The translations under genes were made by a program, and so were the position numbers. A model generated the notes under the pieces. That model was not told where the DNA came from, ran no database searches, and saw nothing but the letters and a program-made list of their open reading frames with translations. A stretch of DNA of 64,000 bases, from positions 424,755 to 488,754 of the forward strand of contig CAWEXU010000030.1 in NCBI GenBank assembly GCA_963813075.1, given 5' to 3'. Shown here piece after piece: positions 1 to 10,355 of this stretch. Within the stretch, counting starts at the first letter, position 1, and each line of letters begins with the position of its first letter. Source of the stretch: Methanotrichaceae archaeon (lineage in GTDB: Archaea > Halobacteriota > Methanosarcinia > Methanotrichales > Methanotrichaceae).

Positions 1-53
1 CCCACCAGGGTCATCGTTGCCAGTACCGCCAACAGAATTCTCATCAATTCCAT
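1..53 (-). CDS. 5' end of a probable secreted protein, running off the window (MELMRILLAVLATMTLVG...)
   Basis: ATG at 53-51, preceded by GGAGTGA on the minus strand; signal-peptide-like hydrophobic N-terminus. Confidence 0.55.
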   Translation of the reverse strand, partial: MELMRILLAVLATMTLV

Positions 54-96
54 TTAATCACTCCGAGAATATAAAAAAAATTGGCAGATAAGGTCT

Positions 97-733
97 TTAT
101 GCTGCCAGACTGACCGGAGCTGTGGCCGCATACGAAGCCAGCAGCTTTCCAGAGGCTATTCCCGGCTGGATCACGCCCGGAGCGGTATAGATATAGTCCC
201 CGTTCATGGATCCTGGGGTTATAGTCAGGCTCAGCCGATAGAGGCTCTGGCTGGCCACCGGGGTGACGAACAGAGCCACTCTATCTCCCAGCACCGTGCC
301 GGCGGCAGTGACCTGGGCCAGGACACCTTCTCTCATCAGCACACCATAGCCCGATACTGCATCTTGGTTCTGGAACAGATTAAGGATTGAGGTAGCTGGT
401 GGCTGCCCCGGTAAGGGTAAAAGACCAGTTTCCTGCTATCGGCGCATATTTTATGGGCACACGGGTCACGGCATTGGGGCTCATCCCCGTCTGTCTGTCA
501 GTATAAAACAGGCTCTCATTCCTGAAGGACAGCGAGGGGTCCTCTCCCGGGCCATAGACTCCTTCAGTAACCTCCTCTTTTATCTGGCTGCCGGACATCT
601 CCTCGGTGGGAAACACCGGTACCGCATTCACTGGGTCGGCTCCCTGGGCCGCTGCCGAGAGGCATGCGACCAGGGCCAACGCCATTGCCACAAACTTGAA
701 TCCCATTCTCCTGATACCTCCAGATGATAGCAT
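97..733 (-). CDS. hypothetical secreted protein, split by a 1-bp indel near 383
   Basis: ORFs 380..733 and 97..342 join as ...TSYLN(L)NLFQNQDAVSGYGVLMREG... if one base is removed; signal peptide ending AAAQG. Confidence 0.55.
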
Positions 734-743
734 ACCTGGAGGC

Positions 744-2909
744 TCATAAACCTTGTCTTTTCAAGAAAGAGCGATCATGCTCTGAATTGATAAAAAAATA
801 ATTTAAGAACTTTAATCTCTTCGCTCTTTCCACCCTCTGGTAGTGGCGGTACATGATTCCCAGGGCATCTGCCACCTGCTCCGGGGTCGAGAAGACCGGT
901 ATTCCTGCCTTCTCCATCTTGATCACCCCGGGCATCATAAACTCCTTTCCGGCAACGCAGGCGATGATGGGCTTTCCCTTGTAGTCGATGCTCTTCAGGG
1001 CATCAACGTAGCTGTCTAAGATCTCCGCCTGGAGGATGACGATGAAGCTGCCCACGTCTTCGCTATCGACGCCAATCTCTATGGTGCTCTTCACAATCCT
1101 GGCATCCTGGCTGAAGGTGTAGTCCACTGGATTCATGCCGCAGACGTAGTCAGGCAAAAGATCCATAAGTCTCTCTTTCAGGGGCTCTTCCAGCTCGGAG
1201 AGGCGCATGCCGTTATCGGTGATGGCATCAGCGGCGATCACTCCCAAGGAGCCGGCATAGGTTATGATGAACACCCCCTCCCGGTCCGGCAGTGGCTGCT
1301 TGGATATGGCCCTTGCCAGGTTGAACATATGCTCGTAGTCCCGGGCGCGGATGATACCCGACTGGCGGAATACCGAGCTGAAGATCTGGTCGTTTCCGGC
1401 CAGGGATGCAGTATGGGATGCCACAGCCTTCTTTCCCGCCTCGGTCCGGCCGGACTTGAGCACCACTATGGGTTTATCCATGGTGATCTGCCGGGCCAGG
1501 TCTATGAAGCGCCTGCCCCCTTTCACCGACTCCAGGTACATGCAGATGACATTGATTTTCTCGTCTTTGCTCACCGCCTCCATGATATCGGTCTCATTGA
1601 TGTCCAATTTATTGCCGATGGTGGCGATGATGCCGAAGTCCATGATATGGCGCAGCCCCCAGAGCATCCCGGCAGCACAAACCCCGGCCTGGGAGACCAG
1701 GCCGATATTGCCCTGGCTTAAGGCATCCACAATCCCTATGGACTGCACCATGCTGCAGTGGGTATTGATGATCCCGGAGCAGTTCGGCCCCAGCAATCGC
1801 ACCCCGTACTTATCGGCGATCTCTTTCATCTGCAGTTCGATCTTCTTGCCCTCCGGCCCCAGCTCGGCAAACCCCGCCGACTCGACCACGATATAGCGCA
1901 CGCCGCACTGGCAGCACTCCTCCACCACATCTGCAGTCATGCCTGCGGAGACCAGGATGATGGCCACATCCACCGGCTCGTGCACAGCGCTGATCCGGGG
2001 ATAGGCTTTGATGCCCTGGATCTCATCTGCCCGGGGATTGATGGGGTAGAGCATACCCTTAAACCCGTGGCTGACCAGATTGTTGAAAACATTCCAGCCC
2101 AGCTTGCCGGGAGTGCCGGATGCCCCGATCACGGCAATGCTCTGGGGGTAGAAGAGGTCATGCAGGTCCTGCTTTTCCTTCCCGGCGGGGGGGCTTGCCC
2201 TGGGCTCGCCCAGGATGATGCGAGCGTCGACCACGGTGTATCCATCGGGATAGAGGAACACGGGATTCAGGTCCATCTCCCGTATACTGGGCTCTGAGTC
2301 CACATAATCTGATATTTTCATCAGCAGATCCTTCAAGGCCTCGATATCCGCACTGTGGCCCCGGCTGCCCTTTAAGAGGGTATAGCCCCGGATCTCCTCG
2401 ATCATCTCCCCTGCATCCGAACGGGTGATGGGAATGGAGCGGAAGCTGACATCCTTCAAGACCTCGACGAATACCCCGCCCAGGCCGAACATCAGAACCG
2501 GCCCGAAGGTGGGGTCATTTGCCACTCCCACGATGGCCTCTATTCCCGGCGGGGCCATCCTCTGAACCGATATGCCCTCCACCGGCCTTCCCTGGAATGC
2601 GCTGGCTATGTCCCTGTAACCCTTCCGGACCTCTTTTTCATCAATCAATTGGAGCTTGACCCCTCCTGCATCGGATTTATGGATGACGTCCGAAGAGAGG
2701 ACCTTCAAGGCGACGGGCGAGTCCAGGGACTTGAATATATCCACTGCCTCATCCTCTGACCTTGCCACTCTGGATCCGGTGGTCCTGATTCCCAGCTCCT
2801 CTAAAATGGCCTTGCTCTCGTTCTCCATAAGATAGCTTCTGTCTTCCCGCTTTGCTCTATCCATGATGTCTTTGATTAGTCCTGCCATTTTCAACCCCTG
2901 ATTGCCCAT
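744..2909 (-). CDS. ADP-forming acetate/acyl-CoA ligase, fused beta (ATP-grasp)-alpha (CoA-binding) type
   Basis: N-terminal HKSDAGGV, FGPVLMFGLGG and EMDLNP motifs; then IAVIGAS, GPNCSG, SQAG and the phospho-His motif SHTASLAG. Confidence 0.9.
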   Translation of the reverse strand: MGNQGLKMAGLIKDIMDRAKREDRSYLMENESKAILEELGIRTTGSRVARSEDEAVDIFKSLDSPVALKVLSSDVIHKSDAGGVKLQLIDEKEVRKGYRDIASAFQGRPVEGISVQRMAPPGIEAIVGVANDPTFGPVLMFGLGGVFVEVLKDVSFRSIPITRSDAGEMIEEIRGYTLLKGSRGHSADIEALKDLLMKISDYVDSEPSIREMDLNPVFLYPDGYTVVDARIILGEPRASPPAGKEKQDLHDLFYPQSIAVIGASGTPGKLGWNVFNNLVSHGFKGMLYPINPRADEIQGIKAYPRISAVHEPVDVAIILVSAGMTADVVEECCQCGVRYIVVESAGFAELGPEGKKIELQMKEIADKYGVRLLGPNCSGIINTHCSMVQSIGIVDALSQGNIGLVSQAGVCAAGMLWGLRHIMDFGIIATIGNKLDINETDIMEAVSKDEKINVICMYLESVKGGRRFIDLARQITMDKPIVVLKSGRTEAGKKAVASHTASLAGNDQIFSSVFRQSGIIRARDYEHMFNLARAISKQPLPDREGVFIITYAGSLGVIAADAITDNGMRLSELEEPLKERLMDLLPDYVCGMNPVDYTFSQDARIVKSTIEIGVDSEDVGSFIVILQAEILDSYVDALKSIDYKGKPIIACVAGKEFMMPGVIKMEKAGIPVFSTPEQVADALGIMYRHYQRVERAKRLKFLNYFFINSEHDRSFLKRQGL

Positions 2910-2969
2910 TTTTCGTTATCGCTTTGCCCATCAATTGAAGGGACGTTATTTTAAGAATACGCCCCATAG

Positions 2970-3061
2970 CTAAATTTTTCGTTCATTACATGGTACGGCC
3001 TCACATGCCAACATAGAAATGTCTCCAATTAGCACTGAGTTCGTCCTAAATTTTTCGTTCA
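2970..3061. promoter_or_regulatory. two exact 16-bp direct repeats CTAAATTTTTCGTTCA (2970-2985, 3046-3061) upstream of the CoA ligase
   Basis: repeat seen directly; regulatory role inferred from position. Confidence 0.5.
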
Positions 3062-3155
3062 GAAAATGATCGATCTATAAAAAAGTGAGAAGGATTTACG
3101 ATGTGCTGCGTTCAATAAAGAAATTAAGAGTTGCCGGTTTGGCTATTCTCTCAGC

Positions 3156-3419
3156 TCACCAGCAGCCCCAGGAGTCAGCAGGATCGGTGCTGAAGAATGA
3201 CCATATGCCGATGCTCCAGCTTGTTGAAGTTCTCGATGCAGATCCGCCGCTGCAGATATTTGGCATAAGACCGGTTGTTGTCGGCACAGTGACCGATGGA
3301 ATGGCACACCAGGATGGCGAGCTGGTGCTGATCGAATTTTGAGCGCAGGCGACACTCATGCTCCCCGAAATTGCCATCAAGAGCAATACGAGTGCAAATA
3401 GCCATATTTTCAAAGACAT
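3156..3419 (-). CDS. small secreted Ser/Trp/Cys-rich protein (87 aa)
   Basis: clear signal peptide MSLKIWLFALVLLLMA; GGAGG upstream. Confidence 0.55.
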   Translation of the reverse strand: MSLKIWLFALVLLLMAISGSMSVACAQNSISTSSPSWCAIPSVTVPTTTGLMPNICSGGSASRTSTSWSIGIWSFFSTDPADSWGCW

Positions 3420-3548
3420 TTCCAGAAGGCCTCCAATTAGATTATTAATGTTTAATTATGATTTTCCTCCCTATTATACTTATTGGTAGTATGCCAGACC
3501 GCAAATGGAAGCGATGATCTTATCTCAGATAAAAGGCCATTATCTCTC

Positions 3549-4292
3549 ATGGAAAAGGATATTGTCCAGGTCATCCTTGAGAAGGAGCTTTCTGTCAAGA
3601 ACCCCATTTTGATAGAGGGATTCCCGGGAATAGGCCTGGTAGGGAACATCGCCAGCCAGTACATCGTCAACGACCTTAAGATGACCTACGTCGGGGCCAT
3701 GAACTCCAAATACTTCCCGCCACTGGCAGTCCTTCTGGGCGGGGTGGTGAACATGCCCGTTCGCATCTATGAGGATGCAAACAAGGGCCTGGTGGTTCTC
3801 ACCGCCGATATACCCGTTCATCCCCTGGCCTCATATGATGTTGGAAGGGAGATCGTGGCCTGGGCGGAGTCCATCAATGTCAAGGAATTGATCTGCCTGG
3901 CAGGAATAACCGTGATGGACGATCAGAACCGGGTCTTCGGCGCTGTGAGCCGCCCTGAGCTGCTGGATAGGATAAAGGGGAAGGCAGAGATCTTCGAGGT
4001 CGGGACGATCACCGGAATCACCGGCAGCATAATGAACGAGTGCCGCATAAGAAACCTGCCCGCTGTCTGCCTCCTGGGGGAGACGGCGTCCGCAGAGCCT
4101 GATCCCAGATCGGCAATCGCAGCCATAGATACCATAAACAAGATCTATGACCTGGGGGTGAACACTGCCAAGCTCGCGGAGCAGGCAGAGGAGATCGAGG
4201 TGCAGATGGCTCAGCTGGCCCAGCAGATGAAAGCGGCCTCGCCCGAGGAACAGCAGACCCAGATGCCCAAAGAGTTCCCAATGTACGGGTGA
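3549..4292 (+). CDS. proteasome assembly chaperone (PAC2) family protein
   Basis: IEGFPGIGLVGNIA motif and PDPRSA; start placed at ATG 3549. Confidence 0.9.
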   Translation: MEKDIVQVILEKELSVKNPILIEGFPGIGLVGNIASQYIVNDLKMTYVGAMNSKYFPPLAVLLGGVVNMPVRIYEDANKGLVVLTADIPVHPLASYDVGREIVAWAESINVKELICLAGITVMDDQNRVFGAVSRPELLDRIKGKAEIFEVGTITGITGSIMNECRIRNLPAVCLLGETASAEPDPRSAIAAIDTINKIYDLGVNTAKLAEQAEEIEVQMAQLAQQMKAASPEEQQTQMPKEFPMYG

Positions 4293-4298
4293 TGCCAG

Positions 4299-4688
4299 AT
4301 GATTTACACAAGCCTAACCGGATTATCCAGAAATGTGATAAAGGAGATTCAAGTCGCCAGAGTGAGGACCGTGGAGATCAGGAGCCCGAACAACTTCTTT
4401 GCCATCTCCGGCTGCCAGCCCGGGGAAAGGATCTTCGTCACCGATTCGAGCGCTCTTGATGTCGTCCCAGGCACAACCGGCCTGATCACCAGCATAAAGG
4501 CTCTGCAACTCATAACCCACCGAACCATCCAGTCCGGAGAGAACTATTATGAAGAGAGCGAGTCTCAGGCGGCCAGGCTGCAGCTGCAGCTGGTGGGCGT
4601 CGGTCGGGTGAGGAGGATCGCCTCCATTGAGCCGGGAACGCCCCTGACCCTGGACGTGGATGAGGTAAGGTACTGCGGAGCGCGATAG
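4299..4688 (+). CDS. DUF473-like archaeal conserved protein
   Basis: LTGLS..VI.EI...RTVEIRSPNNF pattern; typical neighbour of PAC2. Confidence 0.75.
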   Translation: MIYTSLTGLSRNVIKEIQVARVRTVEIRSPNNFFAISGCQPGERIFVTDSSALDVVPGTTGLITSIKALQLITHRTIQSGENYYEESESQAARLQLQLVGVGRVRRIASIEPGTPLTLDVDEVRYCGAR

Positions 4689-4726
4689 AGCCTCCCTTTT
4701 TTTAGATAGGAGCGATAGCTTTTGCC

Positions 4727-6178
4727 ATGAAGGTCCTTTTGGTCACTGGAAGGCTGGCATCCGGGCAGGTCAAAAGATGTGCCTGTGGCGCAGATGTGCT
4801 GGTGGCGGATGTTGATGTAGCGGCATTTATCACTCCGGAGATGCTCTGCCGGGCGGCCCCTTGTGGATACGACATGATACTGATTCCCGGGGCCATAACC
4901 GCCGATTTCCGAGATGCTGAGAAGGCTCTTGGCACCAGGATCCGCCTGGGGCCGAAGCATGCCATAGACCTGACATCTATCCTGCCCTGCCTGGATGAGG
5001 TCGAGCTCTCCACCACCGTTCCCGCCTGTGCCCTGATGGGGGAGAAAAGAAGTAAGGAGGCCATAATTCAGTTGGAAGGGCTGGAAGCCAGCGCTTCTTG
5101 CCAGTTAACCCTTAAAGGGGTCAAGATCGGGGGCAGCTCGCGGATGAAGGTCCTGGCGGAGATCGTCGATGCCACCCGGCTTGATGATCTGGCCCTTAGA
5201 GAGAAGATCAGATACTTCGAGGGTCAGGGGGCTGACCTGATCGACCTGGGGGCATCTTTGGATGCCACTCCTGCCTGCATCAAAAGGGCTCTTGAGACGG
5301 CAAAAGAGGCTACCCTTCTTCCCATAAGCATAGACGCCGTCCGGCCGGAGCTTATCTTTGCCGGCATCGAGGCCGGGGCGGACATGATACTGAGCCTTAA
5401 CGGCGAGAACCTCCCCCTGGTGGGAAGAACAGTGGCCGAAGCGGGCATACCGGCGGTGGTCATACCTGGGCCCGGATCGGTCACATTGGAAGAGAACCTG
5501 GCCCGGGCGAGAGGTTATTCAATCCAGGCGATTGCCGATCCGGTTCTCGATCCGCCCCTGATGGGCCTGGCCCGGTCACTGAATAGATACATCCACTTCC
5601 GGGACTCTGAGCCCGATGTCCCACTATTTTTCGGGGTGGGCAATGTCACTGAGCTCATGGATGCCGACAGTCCTGGGGCCAATCTCCTTTTATCCGTCCT
5701 GGGCTCGGAGGTGGGGGCCTCTTTGCTCTTCACTCCCGAGTACAGCGCCAAAGCGATGGGCTCCATCCACGAGCTGGCCGTGGCCTCGAGGATGGTCGTC
5801 CTTGCCCAGTGCCGCCAGACCCCTCCCAAGGATCTGGGACTGGACCTGTTGATCCTCAAGGAGAAGAGGAGGATTTTCGAGGAACCCCCTCCCGGAGCAG
5901 TGGTAGAGGCCTCAAAAGAGCATGAGTACCAGCCGGATTCTGCCGGAAGCTTCAGGATCCTCCTCTCCGGGGGAAAGATCCTGGCAATAAATGGCAAGAT
6001 CACTGTGGCCGGCACCAGCGCGCGGGATATTCTCAACACCCTCATCGACCTGGGATTGGTAAGCAGGCTCGACCATGCCGGCTATCTGGGCCGGGAGCTG
6101 GAGCGGGCCCAGATCGCCCTTCAACTCGATCGGAGCTATATCCAGGACGAGCCTCTCTGGCAGAGAAAGGTTAAATAA
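4727..6178 (+). CDS. dihydropteroate synthase-like protein (methanogen family)
   Basis: MKVLLVTGRLA start; AEIVDA, GADLIDLG, GNVTELMDADS, PPKDLG and HAGYLGREL motifs. Confidence 0.88.
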   Translation: MKVLLVTGRLASGQVKRCACGADVLVADVDVAAFITPEMLCRAAPCGYDMILIPGAITADFRDAEKALGTRIRLGPKHAIDLTSILPCLDEVELSTTVPACALMGEKRSKEAIIQLEGLEASASCQLTLKGVKIGGSSRMKVLAEIVDATRLDDLALREKIRYFEGQGADLIDLGASLDATPACIKRALETAKEATLLPISIDAVRPELIFAGIEAGADMILSLNGENLPLVGRTVAEAGIPAVVIPGPGSVTLEENLARARGYSIQAIADPVLDPPLMGLARSLNRYIHFRDSEPDVPLFFGVGNVTELMDADSPGANLLLSVLGSEVGASLLFTPEYSAKAMGSIHELAVASRMVVLAQCRQTPPKDLGLDLLILKEKRRIFEEPPPGAVVEASKEHEYQPDSAGSFRILLSGGKILAINGKITVAGTSARDILNTLIDLGLVSRLDHAGYLGRELERAQIALQLDRSYIQDEPLWQRKVK

Positions 6179-6201
6179 TAATTATTGTTGAGGGAAAGAG
6201 G

Positions 6202-7059
6202 ATGAATCAGAAGGCTTTCGCTATCTTCGTAGGCGTTCTTATGGTGCTCTCTGGAATTGCGTACTTCCTGCCCATAGGCACCAATAACAGCGAGATTGTC
6301 GTACCGTCAACTAACGATTCCCTGGAGACATTTCAGGTTAAGGGTAGCCTGGTGGAGTGGAGCTTCGATGGACTGGGAGATGTCCTGGAGATGGCACCGC
6401 AGAGCACAGATATGGCATACTGGATTGACATCAACTCATCGCAGAACCTAACCTCTGCGGCGAGGATGGCCCTGCCCCAGTCCATCGGCCTGACCTATGG
6501 GAACCAGCTTTACACCACCCAGATCGAAAGGCTGGCGGAGATCCGTTTCAACAATACCTGGGCGGAGTTCCACTGGATCCGGCCTTATCCTCTGGCCTAC
6601 GACGGCCTGGTCATACCCCATGATGGCTATATGATGATCCCCGTGGGCACGGACTATGCCATGGTCATGGGCAGGCCCACTCTGTTCGGGCCGCAAGAGG
6701 GAATAAAGCAGTCACTGGATGTGATATCAGGAGGCCAGCCGGCAGAAGACTTCACCCTGGTTAATGATAGCGAAGCTGATCTGCAGGTAGCAGCTCTTGG
6801 TCGCGGAGGGAGGAGTATGCCTTTAGCCGGCGGGTATAAGGAGTTCAACCTCATGGTTACTGAATCCCAGGATCGGGCGGATGGTTTTGATATCGTCTCC
6901 CGCATTCTCCAGCCGACCGCAGATACGAGTAGTAAGATAAAGGACCTGGCCGAAAAGAGCGATCTGGAGTATTCTGCCCGTGGATCGGAAGGAGAATTGT
7001 CCGGATTTGTACCTGGGACAAATATCCAGGATGTGCTGATGGCACTTCTTGGACCCTAG
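6202..7059 (+). CDS. hypothetical membrane-anchored protein
   Basis: 285-aa ORF with an N-terminal hydrophobic helix. Confidence 0.7.
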   Translation: MNQKAFAIFVGVLMVLSGIAYFLPIGTNNSEIVVPSTNDSLETFQVKGSLVEWSFDGLGDVLEMAPQSTDMAYWIDINSSQNLTSAARMALPQSIGLTYGNQLYTTQIERLAEIRFNNTWAEFHWIRPYPLAYDGLVIPHDGYMMIPVGTDYAMVMGRPTLFGPQEGIKQSLDVISGGQPAEDFTLVNDSEADLQVAALGRGGRSMPLAGGYKEFNLMVTESQDRADGFDIVSRILQPTADTSSKIKDLAEKSDLEYSARGSEGELSGFVPGTNIQDVLMALLGP

Positions 7060-7171
7060 CGCAACCTTTTTACATGTGGAACTAATGGCAGATCTAGTCT
7101 TAAGGTATGATCCAAGAGGCGCTTTTGCGATGAATGATGATGGGCACCGTTGCCCGGAAGGAGAATAAATT

Positions 7172-7540
7172 ATGGCAAGACCAATATATGTAAGGTTTGA
7201 TGTTCCAGCAGATCTGGCTACCAAATCCCTTGAAGCCCTTGAGATGGCTCGCGATACCGGCAGAATAAAGAAGGGGACTAACGAGGCCACCAAGGCCATT
7301 GAGAGGGGTGTAGCCCGTCTGGTTATCGTCGGTGAGGATGTTCAGCCTCCTGAGATCGTAGCTCATATTCCCGCTCTATGCGAAGAGAAGAAGACTCCCT
7401 ATATCTATGTCAAGAAGCAGAGCGAGCTTGGCGCCGCCGCAGGTTTGGGCGTGAAGAGCGCAGCTGCGGCCATAGTGGAGCCGGGAAAAGGAAAAGATCT
7501 GGTGGATGAGATCGTCCAGAAAGTTGGATCATTGAAGTAG
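7172..7540 (+). CDS. rpl7ae: 50S ribosomal protein L7Ae
   Basis: [26 protein letters not shown]. Confidence 0.97.
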   Translation: MARPIYVRFDVPADLATKSLEALEMARDTGRIKKGTNEATKAIERGVARLVIVGEDVQPPEIVAHIPALCEEKKTPYIYVKKQSELGAAAGLGVKSAAAAIVEPGKGKDLVDEIVQKVGSLK

Positions 7541-7550
7541 GTGATATCCG

Positions 7551-7763
7551 ATGGAGGATGATAGCGGAATACCGGCGGAGGTCATCGAGGTAATCGGCGT
7601 CACTGGCATGCATGGGGAAGCAATGCAGATCAAGTGCCGCATTCTTGAGGGAAATAACAAGGGGCGAATCATCACCAGGAACAGCATGGGGCCCATAAGA
7701 ATCGGCGATATCCTTATGCTGCTGGAGACGGCGAGAGAGGCAAAGAAGCTTACCAGCAGGTGA
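7551..7763 (+). CDS. rps28e: 30S ribosomal protein S28e
   Basis: [32 protein letters not shown]. Confidence 0.97.
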   Translation: MEDDSGIPAEVIEVIGVTGMHGEAMQIKCRILEGNNKGRIITRNSMGPIRIGDILMLLETAREAKKLTSR

Positions 7764-7768
7764 AGTAG

Positions 7769-7939
7769 ATGGAAGAGAGAAAGTGCAGCTTCTGCAATAG
7801 GACCATCGAGCCGGGCACGGGAAAGCTCTATGCCAAGAAGGATGGAACGGTATTTTACTTCTGCTCTGCCAAATGCGAGAACAACGTGGCCCTTGGCCGG
7901 GTGACGAGAAGGATAAAGTGGGCCCGCAAGGGGGCATAA
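7769..7939 (+). CDS. rpl24e: 50S ribosomal protein L24e (56 aa, absent from the ORF track)
   Basis: manual translation [39 protein letters not shown]...; conserved gene order. Confidence 0.95.
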   Translation: MEERKCSFCNRTIEPGTGKLYAKKDGTVFYFCSAKCENNVALGRVTRRIKWARKGA

Positions 7940-7945
7940 GGCCTG

Positions 7946-8401
7946 GTGGATATAGAGAGAACATTCATCATGGTCAAGCCCGATGGCGTCCAGCGGGGCC
8001 TGGTGGGCATGATCCTGCAGAGAATCGAGGCGAAAGGCTTCAAGATCGTGGCCATGAAGCTGGCCCGGATGCCTGAGGAGAAGGCCAAAGAGCATTATGC
8101 GGAGCATGTGGGCAAGAAGTTCTACCAGGATCTGGTGGACTTCATCACCTCTGGGCCCTCCGTCTCCCTGGTGGTCGAGGGCAAAGGGGCCATTGCCGCC
8201 ATGAGGAAGATGAACGGCGCTACAAATCCTGTGGATGCCGTCCCGGGAACCATTCGCGGTGACTGGGGGATCGAGATGGGACGGAATGTGGTGCACGGCT
8301 CAGACTCCCCGGCATCGGCCTCTCGCGAGATCGCTCTTCACTTCGAACCGTTCGAGCTGGTCGAATACAAGCGAATAGATGAAGAATGGCTCTACGAGTA
8401 G
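7946..8401 (+). CDS. ndk: nucleoside-diphosphate kinase
   Basis: ERTFIMVKPDGVQRG; GTIRGD; NVVHGSDS. Confidence 0.97.
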   Translation: MDIERTFIMVKPDGVQRGLVGMILQRIEAKGFKIVAMKLARMPEEKAKEHYAEHVGKKFYQDLVDFITSGPSVSLVVEGKGAIAAMRKMNGATNPVDAVPGTIRGDWGIEMGRNVVHGSDSPASASREIALHFEPFELVEYKRIDEEWLYE

Positions 8402-8500
8402 CTCCTGGCAGAAGCCATCTGCCAGGCTCTCATGGGAGCCTTTAAATTCTCAAAAAATAAATTGCTTTTTTAAGGCTAATTCTCTGAGAAGCGATCTTTC

Positions 8501-10309
8501 ATGCAGAATAAATCCAAAAAAACCGGCAAGGCAAAGGGAAAGGAATCCACCCTCAGGACGCCAATCGTAGTGGTAATGGGGCATGTGGATCACGGCAAGA
8601 CCACGCTCCTGGATAAGATCCGGGGGACAGCGGTTGCCAAGGGTGAGGCCGGCCTGATCACCCAGCACATCGGAGCCACAGAGGTTCCCCTGGATGTGGT
8701 TCAGGATTTCTGCGGATCGCATTTCGGAAAGGATATTCAGATCCCCGGGCTGCTGTTCATCGATACCCCGGGGCATCATGCCTTCACCTCCATGCGCAGC
8801 CGGGGCGGCTCATTGGCTGACCTGGCGGTGCTGATCGTGGACGTAAACGAGGGATTCCAGCCCCAGACCATCGAGTCTTTGAGCATCCTCAAGCGCTTCA
8901 AGACTCCATTTGTGGTCGCCGCCAATAAGATGGACCGCATCGGCGGATGGCATACCACTCCTAATTCTCCCTTCGCCAAAAGCCTGAAGGCGCAGAACGA
9001 GAGGGTCTCCGAGAACCTCGATACCAGGTTGTATGAGCTGGTGGGAGAGCTCTACAAGTACGGCTTTGATGCTGACCGCTATGATCGCATCACCGACTTC
9101 ACCCGGACGGTGGGGATTGTGCCCATCAGCGCCATCACCGGCGAGGGAGTTCCGGACCTTCTCATGATCCTGGTGGGTCTGGCGCAGAGGTTCCTCAAGG
9201 ATAATCTGCAGCTCACCGCCACTGGACCGGGTCTTGGCACCATTCTCGAGGTCAAGGAGGAGAAGGGTCTTGGCACCACCCTTGACGTCATCCTTTATAA
9301 CGGGGAATTTTTTGCCGGGGATACGGTGATAGTCGGCACCTCTCGCGAGCCTCTGGTCACCAAGATCAGGGCTCTTCTCAAGCCCAAACCCCTGGCTGAG
9401 ATCAGGAGCGAGGAGAGGTTCCTGCCGGTCAAGCATGTATCTGCCGCCTCCGGGGTCAAGGTATCCGCGCCAAAGCTGGATAATGCCCTGGCCGGGTCAA
9501 CCATTCGGGTGGTCTCCAATCCGGATGAGTTGGAGGCACTATCACGGGAGTTGAAGTCCGAGCTGGAAGCGGTCAGAATAGACACCGAAAATGAGGGGGT
9601 AATTCTCAAGTCGGACACCATCGGCTCGCTGGAGGCCCTGGTGGGAGAGCTCAAGGCAAGAGACATTCGCATTCACTATGCCGATGTGGGGCCCATATCC
9701 CGAAGGGATGTGATAAGGGCTGCTGCCATAAACGATCCCCTCCTCTCCGCTATCCTGGGATTCAATGTGGACATACTGCCCGATGCCTTAAGCGAGATCC
9801 AGAAGACTCTTGTTCCCGTCTTCTCGAGCGAGATCATCTATACCATCATCGAGAGCTATGAGCACTGGGTGGAGGACCAGAAGATCAAGATGGAGCAGGA
9901 GCGCCTGGAAGCGGTCATCCGGCCGGGAGCGGTGCGCATACTCCCAGATTGCGTCTTCCGCCAGTCCAAGCCCGCGGTGGTGGGAGTTCAGGTCATCGGC
10001 GGCATCGTCAGGACCCAGGTAAACCTGATGAGAGAGGACGGGGCCAACGTGGGTGTGGTTAAAGGCATCCAGGCTCATAATGAGAACCAGGGATCGGCAA
10101 CCGTCGGCCAGGAGGTGGCCATATCCATCGACGGGCCCACGGTGGGCCGGCAGATCCATGAGGGCGATATCCTCTATGTCAACATCCCGGAAAAGCATGC
10201 CCGTATTGTGGAATTGGAGCTGAAACCCAAGCTGGCCGAGGATGAGAGAGAGGTCCTGGAGAACTTCCTGGAGATCAAGCGCAAGAAGGATCCCTTCTGG
10301 GGGAGGTAG
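8501..10309 (+). CDS. infB: translation initiation factor IF-2 (aIF5B)
   Basis: GHVDHGKT, ITQHIGA, DTPGH and NKMD GTPase motifs. Confidence 0.97.
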   Translation: MQNKSKKTGKAKGKESTLRTPIVVVMGHVDHGKTTLLDKIRGTAVAKGEAGLITQHIGATEVPLDVVQDFCGSHFGKDIQIPGLLFIDTPGHHAFTSMRSRGGSLADLAVLIVDVNEGFQPQTIESLSILKRFKTPFVVAANKMDRIGGWHTTPNSPFAKSLKAQNERVSENLDTRLYELVGELYKYGFDADRYDRITDFTRTVGIVPISAITGEGVPDLLMILVGLAQRFLKDNLQLTATGPGLGTILEVKEEKGLGTTLDVILYNGEFFAGDTVIVGTSREPLVTKIRALLKPKPLAEIRSEERFLPVKHVSAASGVKVSAPKLDNALAGSTIRVVSNPDELEALSRELKSELEAVRIDTENEGVILKSDTIGSLEALVGELKARDIRIHYADVGPISRRDVIRAAAINDPLLSAILGFNVDILPDALSEIQKTLVPVFSSEIIYTIIESYEHWVEDQKIKMEQERLEAVIRPGAVRILPDCVFRQSKPAVVGVQVIGGIVRTQVNLMREDGANVGVVKGIQAHNENQGSATVGQEVAISIDGPTVGRQIHEGDILYVNIPEKHARIVELELKPKLAEDEREVLENFLEIKRKKDPFWGR

Positions 10310-10355
10310 GATATGGCTTTCATGGCTTTAGCGCTAACTTCTTTCCGGCAGGGTA

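Noticed and set aside
1329..2297. Long antisense or alternative-frame ORFs here and over infB, the thermosome gene, U32 and rtcB
   Set aside because: Shadow ORFs expected from GC-rich codon bias opposite well-supported genes.
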